The notes under the pieces: model-generated | What the model saw: only the letters and a program-made list of their open reading frames with translations | What the model was told of the DNA's origin: nothing | The model's database searches: none | Source: Squalus acanthias | Taxonomy: Eukaryota | Length of the DNA stretch: 64,000 bases | Assembly: GCA_030390025.1 (NCBI GenBank) | Contig: CM059432.1 | Coordinates: 116,314,001-116,378,000, forward strand | Direction: 5' to 3' | Part shown: positions 53,540 through 64,000 of the stretch, piece after piece | Numbering within the stretch: position 1 is the first letter of the stretch | How the letters are laid out: the number at the start of each line of letters is the position of its first letter | Program-made: the position numbers and the translations under genes

Positions 53540-54490
53540 TCCTTTCAGGCAGTGCATTCCAGATCACAACAACTCGCTGTGTAAAAAATGTTTCCTCATG
53601 TCGCCTCTGGTTCTTTTGCCAACCACCTTAAATCTGTGTCCTCTGGTTTCATTGGAAACAGTTTCTCCTTATTTACTCTATCAAAACCATTCATGATTTT
53701 GAAAAGCTCCATTAAATCTCCTCTTAACCTTCTCTGTTCTAAGGAGAATAACCCAGCTTCTCCAGTCTATCCACATACCTGATGTCATTCATCGCTGGTG
53801 CCATTCCAGTAAATCTCCTCTGCACCCTCTCCCAGGCTTTGACATCCTTCCTAAAGTGCGGTGCCCAGAAATGAACAAGATATTCCAGCTGAGGCCTAAC
53901 CAGTGTTTTGTAAAGGTTTAGCATAACTTCCTGGCTTTTTTTATTCTATGTCTCTATTAATAAAGCCAACGATCCCATATGCTTTCTTAACAGCCTTCTC
54001 AACTTGTCCTGCCACCTTCAAAGATTCGTGTACATACACCCCCAGGTCTCTCTGTTCCTGCACCCCCTTTAAAATTGTATCATTTAGTTTATATTGCCTC
54101 TTTTTTGAACAGGGGTGTAACATTTGTAATCCTCCAGTCCTCTGGCACCACTCCCATATCTAAGGAGGATTGGAAGATTGTGGCCAGAGCCTCCGCTATC
54201 TCTACCCTTACTTCCCTCAATAACCTAGGATGCATCCCATCTGGATCAGGTGACTTTTGTACTTTTAGGACTGCCAACCTTTTAAGTACATCCTCTTTAT
54301 CTATTTTTATCCTATCCAATATCACTACTGTCTCCTTCTTTACTGCTACATTGGCAGCATCCTCTTCTCTAGTGAAGACAGATGCAAAGTACTCATTTAG
54401 TACCTCAGTCATGCCCTCTGCTTCTACAAGAATATCTTCTTTTTGGTGCCTAATTGGCCCCACCCTTCCTTTATTACCTTTTTACTATTT
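53540..54490 (-). mobile_element. Internally deleted CR1 fragment
   Basis: KSPDPDGMHPRLLRE, WRITNVTPLFKK joined directly to 3' RT (RDLGV, LYKTLVRPQLEY). Confidence 0.8.
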
Positions 54491-54689
54491 ATCAAAGGGA
54501 TTGTCAATATACTCTCTTTTCCTGATTTATAATTATAAAGAAAGAAGAAAAGAAGAAAGACTTGCATTTATATAGCGCCTTTCACAACCACCGGACGTCC
54601 CAAAGTGCTTTACAGTCAATGAAGAACTTTTTGAAGTGTAGTCACTGTTGTAATGTAGGAAACGCGGCAGCCAATTTGTACACAGCATT

Positions 54690-57600
54690 TATAACTTCGT
54701 GATATTCCATTGTATCATACAAATCCATTCCGCCACTCTGCACAGCCATTCCTCCAACATATATTAACATCAAAACCTGAGGTTTAATTTGTCTCCCATA
54801 ACATATATTAATCTACTGTACTTTAAAAATTGATCATAAAATACTATCTTTAAATTCCTTTCTGAATAAAACATCCACAGAGCCTTATAATGATCTTTTA
54901 GCTTATAATTAAAATACTCTTTTAGATTGATTCTCCTCCTCTTAAAAAAGAGCATTCCTTCTTTGCACAATCACGAATCTAGCCAAACTGAACATTAAAT
55001 TAATTGCCGCTCCGCTAGACTTGGCCAGACTCTCCTGCAATCCCCATCTCAAAATTGAGTCCCACGGGATTCCCATTCTCGCTCTTCGGTCTTCACCCAG
55101 CAAAAAAACCTCACACAACTGTCGAACATAGTACTTAAAACCATTTAACTGCAGACATAACACCAGTAAATGGGACAGAGTCTCATCCTGTGTCCCACAC
55201 ACTGGGCAAGTTGCCCCCTCCACTCGCCGAATTTTACATAAGGCCGTCATGGTAAAAATCTGGTTGTGAGCTAATTTGAAATCCAGTTCAATCCACTCTG
55301 GACATTTAAAATTCGCCCACACTCCCTTCCAAATCCTGTTGAAGTCCAGCTGTGGGCATATACTCTGCCAAAACTCCTGACCAGCAGGTGTCTTGAAATT
55401 ACATTCTCTAAATACCCCATAGAAATCTTGAGTATTACAATTGTCAAATTGGACCAACTCCTCCCCTTTCTCCAGCAGAAAGCTTGGAAGAGCGGGACGC
55501 ATTTCACTTCCTTTGGAGATTTGCGCATTTATTTCTTCCATCCAATCCTGTGGCATTGCCCTCACAATCTTCTCATACATGATCATAATTGCTTTTTCCT
55601 CTACCTCCTGATCCTCCTCCCACACCATGTCCCTCACTATCGCTTCCGGCAACCAGCCTGGAATTACCTCATATAATACATCCTTCACACATATAATACC
55701 AGCTTTTATAAAAGTTTGATTAAATAATACCTCTCCTTCATTGTTGACCCAACTGTTCAAAAATAAGGGCTGTTCTAAAAATTCCTCAGCACCCTTGGGC
55801 ATAAACTGCACACTTTATAAAAATTGGGCCCAAGTCTCTACAACCCCCTTATAAGACCTAGAGAGAGGTTTAATCGATTTCAAAAACATATTATTGTATT
55901 CCATATACAATATCCCCTGCCCTCCTATCCCACTTCATTTTAAAAAATGCTCAAAACAACTCTTCCAAAAACTTGTATTTGACTTCTGAAGAAATCTCTT
56001 CACCCATTTGATTCTAAAGGATTTTTTCTTCAAATCAATATCTAGGAAATTGAGTCCTCCCTGATTTCTCCGTCCAATTATGTTATTGTAAGCAACCAAG
56101 GCTGGTTTCCCTTCCCATAAAAACCTCACACAAGCCTGTTGGATGGACTTTTCCACCTACTCAGGAATATCCTCCACCATCAATAAGTACCATAGCTTAG
56201 ATAGCAGAAGAGCTGACACCACTGTCGCTCTTCCTTGCATTTTCAACCACCTCCTTTCCCATCTTCCCAAAATCATTTTAATTTTCATAATCTTCGGTTC
56301 CCAATTTAATCGATCCACTTCATCCCTGTCTTTCTTGCACCCCATATGCACCCCCAGAACTTCCAAAATCTCCACCACCTTAAAGGGGCTTTCCTCCAAC
56401 CATTCCCCCCTACCCCTTCCCGCAACCAGGCATTGGGACTTACTATAATTCACTCTGGCTCCTGAAGCTCTACAATACTCCTCCACTACTCCCATAGCTT
56501 TCCTCACTGACTCCCCATCTCTCAATGTTAAGGTTGTGTCATCTGCATATTGGTGTATCACCGACACCTGCCCGGAACTGGGAACCGCAATCCCGACTAC
56601 GCCTTGTTCCTTCTGCATCATGTAACCTAATGGTTCTGCTAACAATGTGTACAACAATGGGGACAGGGGACAACCCTGTCTCACTGACCTCTGTATCAGA
56701 AAATACTTGGATAAAAAACCATTACATTTAACACAGCTAAATATGTTTGAATAAAAAATCCTTATCCACTCAATGACATTTTTCCAGAAACCAAATGCTT
56801 CCAAAATCATCAATAAAAACTCATGAGAGTCCCTATCAAAGGCTTCCTCTTAATCTATCTTTAACACGATGCAGAGATGCCGGTGTTGGACTGGGGTGGA
56901 CAAAAATGAGAAGTCGCACAACACCAGGTTATAGTCCAACAGTTTTATTTGAAATCACGAGCTTTCGGAGCAGCACTCCGAAAGCTCGTGATTTCAAATA
57001 AAACTGTTGGGACTATAACCTGGTGTTGTGCGACTTCTCATCTTTAACACATAAGCCTCCCTCCCACTCTCTTCCATGAGCTTTATTGCATCTCGGATTG
57101 AGACCACAGAGTCAGCGATGTCCCGGCCTATGACTCCATAGGACTGAGAGGGCAAAACTACCTTCATACGATTTGCCATAACCCTCGCCAAGATCTTATA
57201 ATTCACATTTAATAATGTGATAATAATTCTTTAGATCCCTTCTATCCCCTTTATTTTTATTAGCTAAGCCTATGATACCTCTCCTCATAGATGAGGCCAG
57301 GTTTCCCTCAATTTTAATTTCCTTAAAAACCTCTAAGAGCAATGGACTTAAAATCTCTAAAAATTCTTTGTAAAATTCTGTATTTAGTCCATCAGACCCT
57401 GGGCTTTCCCGCCCCCCCCCCCCCCACTTCATTCCACTTATTGCTACTTTTATTTCCGCTAATCCTACTTCTTTGTCACACATGCTTCTCTCATCCTCCT
57501 CTTCAATAAAAGCACTAACCTTCTTCATCGCCAATTTGGAAATGTCTTTTTTTGTATATAACTCTTGATAAAAGCTACTAGCCGTCTCCAAAATCTCCCC

Positions 57601-58655
57601 ACTTTCATTAATGATCTTCTCCCCAACCTCCAATTAAAGATAATCTCTGTTGTAGCTTCTCTTGCTCTAGAAAATATCTAGTGCATCTTTCTCCCTCCAA
57701 TGCATCTTTAGCCTTTGCCAGGAGAATGGCTCCCTTGCATTTTTCAGCTTGCAATAATTCCCACTCTTCCTTTAAAACCATCCACTTAGTCTCTGCTCCC
57801 TTATCCCCTCCATCAACTGTTTTACAGATATCCGTAAAGCTTCTGTTTATATTCTCTTCTCGATGCCGGTTAGCTGCTGCTCTCTCTTTCCCATAACGCA
57901 CCGAAAAAACTTTTAACTCATATTTGAAATTGTCCCACCAAACTCTTCTTTCTTCCAAGAATAAAGGTTCCTTCCGAGCATTCTTTATTATATTTAAAAT
58001 CCCTTCTTTATAAGCAATTTCTTTCAGGTATTGATTGTTTAAAATCCACACCCCTGTGTTCCTAACTCTGCTGTTCCTAATTCTAAGAACCAAATCCGAG
58101 TGGTCACTAAAAAATACTTTTTTATAAAAAATCTCCATCACCTCAGAACTTAACCCTTCCCGCATTAACACAAAATCTATTCGGCTCCATTTTAAAACAT
58201 CACCCACCCAACCTCTGCTGGAGAACTCTCTTTTTATAGAGTTCCGAACCCTCCATAAGTCTCTCAAATTTAAATTTGCCACCATTTTTACAATCATCCC
58301 TCAGGAGTTATCATCCTTAAAGGTCATCTGGGCTGAAATGTCCATCCAAGATAAAAAAGACATTAAAATCCCCCACTATACAAGGGTTTTTTGCCTCTGC
58401 CACTTCAGTGAATAACCACCGAAAAAACTCGCAACGCTTGCAATGGTCGTTCGGTGCATGGATATTAAAGAGATCGCAATTAAATTCCTCCATTTTGACC
58501 TTTAGCCATAAAATTCTCCCCTCAGTGTCCTTGTCCACCAAGGCAACATTCTCTTTTATAGACAGACTCACCAATACAGCCACCCTTCTATGGTTATTGT
58601 TTGCACAACTTGCAAACACCTCTCCCTTCCAAACCTTCCGAACTCTTGGAAGTTC
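54690..58655 (-). mobile_element. Decayed Tx1/L1-clade LINE ORF2 (APE + RT + C-terminal zinc knuckle)
   Basis: NIHAPN, VGDFN, SRIDFVL, FSDH, SPGSDGL, NYKILARVMANRM, VRQGCPLSPLLY, QYADD, GGLNFLDI, CPVCGTQDETLSHLLVLC across several broken ORFs. Confidence 0.9.
56868..57039. mobile_element. Penelope-like fold-back insert (family A) with 11-bp TSD
   Basis: atctttaacac at 56857-56867 and 57040-57050; ~65-bp inverted arms around loop cagca (56971-56975). Confidence 0.85.
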
Positions 58656-58664
58656 AATTAATGC

Positions 58665-58990
58665 AAGTACCAGGGGCCTGAAAGATGGGCAGGATTCCCG
58701 ATTCAGCTCCCTGGCCTGTGTTGGGTTGGATGATTAGAAGTAGGGGCACTACACTTGGCCTCAGCACCTGTGGGTTAAGGAGAGCAGAGCTCCTGCTCCT
58801 GATCATCAGCGTGTAGACACTGGGTGGAGACAGGATCAAATGCAATGCCCTTCACGGTCGAATTGCCTGCCAATGCTCATTGCCCAGGCTGAGGCTTGAG
58901 AACATGAGCACTTGGGTGATGCACGTGGAATTGATAACCCAGCAAGAATCCGAGCATCCAGGAGAGAGACTGGGGGGAGTGGGGAGTGTT
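58665..58990 (+). repeat. Old unclassified interspersed repeat (related degenerate copies at ~11310-11610 and ~35760-36070 on -)
   Basis: Shared blocks cctgctcctgatc / caggagcaggaaccc and gtggatgttgggtga-like segments. Confidence 0.4.
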
Positions 58991-59140
58991 TTGCTGCATG
59001 GTACAGTTGAACCCATGTGTATATTGTCCTGTATATAAATCTATCATGAAGCCAATCTTGTTATATGCTCTGTTTCAGATTTGAATAGATTTTCTCTGTG
59101 TTTATATTGTGAATTCTGGGAGATTCTCTCACTGCTACCC

Positions 59141-59230
59141 TACCTGAGGAAGGAGCGAACCGCTCCGAAAGCTTGTAAAATTAAATAAATCTGTTGGACT
59201 ATAACCTGGTGTTGTGCGACTTCTCATTTC
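59141..59230 (+). mobile_element. Penelope-like terminus (family A) with intact minimal hammerhead core
   Basis: TAC-CTGAGGA-A-GGAGCG-AAC-CGCTCC-GAAAGCTT-GTA then ctgttggactataacctggtgttgtgcgacttc. Confidence 0.75.
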
Positions 59231-59957
59231 TGTTTCAGATTGTAACAGGATTATGCAACCTATTAATAAAGCCTTTAGTAAATTTTAAAACAAAGATGGA
59301 CTCCATGGAAACAAGTTACTGGGGAGATTTCAAACACAGAAAATTAATTATTTGCAAATTATGTATTTTAAAAATCTGTTTCTTATGTTAGAAATCATAT
59401 TTTTACTACTATGCCCTCTGGTTATTGGGAACACAAAATGGTGCTGGGAAAGATTTTCAGAAACACTTTGAGCAATTTAATTGGTTCCCATTTTTTCCCT
59501 CATTGGCGGTTTTATTGGTAAGTGTTTGCTGACTGATGATGGTTGATTGGTAGTCTGCGTATGTCCTTGATAATTCTTAATTCATTCCTGCTTTTCATGG
59601 TATGCCCACTACCTGTTCAAGTGGGATTTGTTGCTGTTTCATCTTGAATATAAAATCTGAGCCGATCAGTTGAAAGTATGACATAAACCCAATGATAAGC
59701 CTGACTCCTGTACATGTGATAAGTTAGAGACCTGGGTTGGACATAAGATTTTTCTATATCGATAGGTATACTTATTCAAATATTCATATTCTGGGGACTT
59801 TCATTTATAAAGCTAAATCACATGGCTGGTCAATAACAGAAATAGTGAAATTAGTCTAACTTCATTTTTTCCACACTTGATGAATAATAATTTTAAAATT
59901 ATGCCAAAAGTAAATAGGAATCTGAATCTGTATTGGTGACCCTTCGGTTCACTTTCA

Positions 59958-60185
59958 ACAAAAATGAGAAGTCGCACAACACCAGGTTATAGTCCAACAG
60001 TTTTATTTAAAATTACCAGCTTTCGGAGCTGCTGCTCCTTCTTCAGGTAGAGGTACCTCTACCTGACTAAGGAGCAACAGCTCCGAAAGCTGGTAATTGT
60101 AAATAAAACTGTTGGACTATAACCTGGTGTTGTGCGACTTCTCATTTTTGTCCACCCCAGTCCAACACCGGCATCTCCGCATTAG
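59958..60185. mobile_element. Penelope-like fold-back insert (family A), 97-bp arms, 9-bp TSD
   Basis: Palindrome 59958-60151 centred on ggtacc (axis 60054/60055); tttcaacaa at 59953-59961 and 60186-60194. Confidence 0.85.
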
Positions 60186-60239
60186 TTTCAACAAGGCCTA
60201 GAAAATAACATTATTTCCAAGTGTTAAATGCTATTTAAA

Positions 60240-61900
60240 ATCGCCGCATTCAGCAGGTGATCCCTTCACTTGTTGTGACAGGCTGATATCGGGCACTTAA
60301 AGGAAGTAGAAAAAGCCTTTTATTCGGCTTGCGAGCGAACTTCGTAGAGTCCGATAAGCCCCCTGTAAGGGTTGCAGGCAATTAATTGTAGGCTCTGTGA
60401 TTGAAGTAAAACTGTTAGGTGGGCAGTAATTAACAGATTTAAAATGCTTGACTGTCGTCACTGTATTTGATATCACTTTTACGAACTGAAGGTATCGTTC
60501 GGTGTTAATCCTCTCTCCGGGCACCAGTCATGAATCAGCCACAGAGGGAGTCTGGACAGAGGGAGTCTGCACCGGGTTCTAGCGTGGCCCGGCCAGCAAG
60601 ACCATTGATGTGAAACCTCGCGCGCGTCCAAAGGGGGCTTTTATCTTTTTTTAAAAACATACTTTTAAATCGTCCACCTCTTTAATTTTTTTATAGCCAA
60701 ACAAACGCACTCGATAAAATGTCCCGGTGCAACAACAACTACTTCTTAAAGGCTTATAGAATTGAAACCACCTCCTTGTTTCCCCACCAGTTTTTAGCAG
60801 ACACGGTGAGCTTGCCCGCAATGATAAACTCCTTCCCACTCTTTAATCATTGGCATTTCGTTACCTGCGCTTCGCATCTTACATAATGATCCAATGTTAT
60901 AACCCCACCCCCACAAAAAAACAAATGCATATTGTGCACCAGACCCAGGCTCACATGCAAAGACCCGGGAGGGGTTGCCGAATTGGGCTTGAACTTTAGT
61001 TCAGCGAACCTTGTTTATGGAGAACAGGTTGCTTTTTAAACTATAACAAAATTGCCTTGGAATAAAATGACTGATAATGCATTGGTGAAAGAGCAAGTTC
61101 CGTTCGATGTAAAACTGCATCCTTCTGAAGGGCGAAGTGACGAGCATTTCCTAGCATTAGTTTCCGAGTTGCAATACGTTGCACATCTGCTCTCTGCATT
61201 TGTAAAATCTCTTACCAGTTTGGCGAGGATTCTTTTACTTTTCTGGTCGGTGCAATATTCGGCGAAGATAGTCCTGTGGATGAAGACTGTCGTATTTACA
61301 AAAACCCAGCCGGCGATCCACAGAAGGAAACAGCGCAGAACAGATTTCCTGAGGACCTTCGGTCTCGAGTGCCGAAATCCAGGGATCCCGGAGACTGGCA
61401 TCTCTCGGGTCACTTGTCAACCTTCAGCCCCCTGAAGCGAAAGGACGGGCTAGAGGGGTGGGCGGAGGACTGAATCAAAGCCCGATCTCTGGCCGATGGA
61501 GCCGACATCTCCTGGCGAGCGGGTTCAGCGCCTCCACACGGACATGCTCCCGACCCCAGATCTTGTCTATGATGCACCAAGCTAAAATGACAAGAGTTCA
61601 CAGCAGTCAGCGACCTCCCCATGGTCTGTGAGCTGACACACACACAAAGTCTACAGCCCGGTCTGCCCCTCGCCCAGCGCACACTTAATGTTACAACGCA
61701 CAATAATCAATCCCAAACCAGGTTTAAGTGTTGCTTTTTTTTGATGGAGGTTCCCAGTTTGCTTTTGTATTTAAGCCACGTACTTCCGCATTTTTTGACT
61801 CTGATGTGTGGGATGTCGATCGCTCAGTGCCACAAGCAGGCAGTGAGAGGGGGGAGTTTGATTGAAATCACACTGGGGGAGGGGGGGGGGGGGGCGTTTC
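60240..61900 (-). promoter_or_regulatory. CpG-enriched, repeat-free promoter/first-exon region of DIPK1C
   Basis: Visibly more CpG (e.g. cgcgcgcg near 60619, dense CpG 61220-61680) than the flanks; surrounds exon 1; (CA)n near 61637 and G-runs 61848-61894. TSS not determinable. Confidence 0.55.
61216..61401 (-). CDS. DIPK1C: DIPK1C/FAM69C coding exon 1 (62 aa: short cytosolic tail, TM signal anchor, start of luminal domain)
   Basis: MPVSGIPGFRHSRPKVLRKSVLRCFLLWIAGWVFVNTTVFIHRTIFAEYCTDQKSKRILAKL; in-frame TGA shortly upstream of the ATG; ends at GTAAG donor (plus-strand cttac 61211-61215); CTDxKSxRILA motif resembles vertebrate DIPK1C. Confidence 0.88.
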
Positions 61901-62614
61901 TTGTGGAATCTTGCTCTGTATTTCACATTTATGTTTAGTTCGAGGACGAGGAAGTTAAAGCAAGGCAAGAGAAACTCGATTAAATACCATTGCAATACAG
62001 CGAGAGGATAAAATGTCAGTACAATGCTTGGGAAGTAGCGAGGTGTGGCGCAGAACATGATTGAGTAGTGGACAACTAAAACAAAATCAATATCTCGGGC
62101 AATGAAAAGAATGTGGCATTAGAATCTGAAAAAGATGGAATTCTTCACAGCAGAGCCGATTTCACTCAATGAAGGATTCCATCTTTCATTAAGATAGTGG
62201 GAAGGCCCACTATCTGCCAAAGCATGAACGCACAGTGCTGAGATGGCTTTGGGCTTGAGGCCACGAATACCCAGAAGTTTTACTTTACATATCGTCCAGT
62301 GCAGTTTTCAGCCCATTGGTCTCTGCTCACCTACACTGTTCCAACCAAGTCCAGCTCAAAATCCATAAATATTGGCTTTCCATTCGCTCCCAGAGTATTC
62401 CCCAATTCCCTGCTCTGAACACTGACTTTATCAACTTCAGACCTTAACTGTCTCCCCCCTCCCCACCCCCCATTTCCCTGCAGTTCTCCCCATTCACATC
62501 CCCCCCATCTCCCAGATGTTTTGCAGCTGCTGGACTTGTATTTTTATTTTTCCGCCTCTTCGAGCTTGACTGAGATGAGCTTTGGTCCTTTACATTCCTT
62601 TCCTGATCTTTTTA

Positions 62615-62865
62615 AAAATCATAGAATCATAGAAATTTACAGCATGGAAGGAGGCCATTTGGCCCATCCTGTCTGTGGCGGCTGACAAAGAGCTATCCAG
62701 CCTAATCCCACTTTCCAGCTCTGGGTCCGTAGCCTTGTAGGTTACGGCACTGCAAGTGCATATCCAAGTACTTTTTAAATGTGATGAGGTTTTCTGCCTC
62801 TACCACCCTTTCAGGCAGTGAGTTCCAGACCCCCACCACCCTCTGGGTGAAAAAACATTCTCCTC
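62615..62865 (-). mobile_element. CR1 3' end
   Basis: Near-identical to 11941-12180 including (TTCTATGA)n tail. Confidence 0.8.
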
Positions 62866-63120
62866 AAAATGTGTCTATTAAACAGCTCTCTTCGTAATAG
62901 TAGGTAGCATTTCTGTACCCTCACCTTTACCTGCTCTGTTTCGGTCCTTCCTTTAAAGATGCTCTGGTACCTAACTCCCTTTGGTCCGTTCCGAGGGAAG
63001 GCTACTGCTCCAAACATTGACCTATCCTATTTGTTTCCAGATGCCGACTAACCTGCTGTATACTTGAGCATTTTCTGGTTTTTTTAATTCAAATTTGCAG
63101 CTTTCATAATTTTATGGAGT

Positions 63121-63578
63121 ATGGCAGCATAGTGGTAATGTCACTGGGCTAGTAATCCAGAGGCCTGGATTAATGATCCATGAGGTGTGAGTTCAAATCC
63201 CACCACGGCAGCTGGGGAATTTAAATTCAGTTAATTAAATAAATCTAGAATAAAAAGTTAGTATCAGTAATGGTGACCAGGAAACTACTGGATTGCTGTA
63301 AAAACCCATCTGGTTCACTAATGTCCTTTAAGGAAGGAAATCTGCCGTCCTTACCCGGTCTGGCCTATATGTGACTCCAGACCCACAGCAATGTGGTTGA
63401 CTCTTAACTGCCCTCTGAAATGGCCTAGCAAGCCACTCAGTTGTACCAAACCTGCTACTAAGAAGTATCATGGACTGATGCGGTTCAAGAAGGTGGCTCA
63501 CCACCACCTTCTCAAGGGCAATTAGGGATGGGCAATAAATGCTGGCCTTGCCACATCCCGCGAATGAATTTAAAAAAC
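63121..63578 (+). mobile_element. tRNA-derived SINE sharing its 3' tail with the CR1/L2-group LINE at 4372
   Basis: Head tggcagcatagtggtaatg...gagttcaaatcccacc; tail gggcaattagggatgggcaataaatgctggccttgcc. Confidence 0.75.
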
Positions 63579-64000
63579 CTGAACGTTTCTTGAACATCGC
63601 TGCTATATAAAGCACAGAGTTATACTTCATAGAATCACGGAATGATACAGTATAGAAGGAGGCCATTGTGCCCGTACCAGCTCTTTGAAAGAGCTATCCA
63701 ATTTTTTTAAATTTGTTTTTATGGGATGTGGGTGTCGTTGACAAGGCCAGCATTTATTGCCCATCCCTAATTGCCCTTGAGAAGGTGGTGGTGAGCCGCT
63801 TTCTTGATACAGTATAGAATTAGTCCCAGTCCCCAGCTCTTTCCCCACAGCCCAGCAAATTTTTATTCATTAAAGCACTGGCACGATGGGCCGAATGGCC
63901 TCCTTCTGTGCTGTATCATCTGATGAAAGCTATCCAACAAAATATTTCAGAATCTATTCAGCAAAACATTTTAAATGGATGGCGGAACCCCGCAGTTACC

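Overview
Vertebrate (almost certainly cartilaginous fish/shark, judged from HE1-type V-SINE, Deu-domain SINEs, abundant CR1/L2 LINEs and Penelope termini) genomic DNA with a 500-N assembly gap at 34420-34919. It holds one complete host gene on the minus strand, DIPK1C/FAM69C (divergent ER type II membrane kinase), which I assembled by hand from four phase-0 coding exons (61401-61216, 40337-39642, 28925-28761, 10980-10777; 416 aa, all GT-AG). Most of the rest is transposable-element DNA: a GC/CpG-rich Ty3/Gypsy element with a tRNA-Trp PBS but no 5' LTR, many CR1, L2 and CR1/L2-group LINEs (one near full length with an SGNH-esterase ORF1), a decayed Tx1/L1-clade LINE, PIF/Harbinger remnants, a Tigger-like MITE and short Penelope-like (PLE) inserts. 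Most interesting: the PLE inserts carry minimal hammerhead-ribozyme cores in two families with compensatory stem I changes, some as near-perfect fold-backs with target-site duplications; a near-identical inverted CR1 pair brackets DIPK1C exons 2-3 (861 nt, stop-free in frame); and a perfect-Kozak 70-codon uORF ends 8 nt before the DIPK1C ATG. No prokaryote-type system (CRISPR, operon) is present. Repeat boundaries are approximate unless a TSD is quoted.
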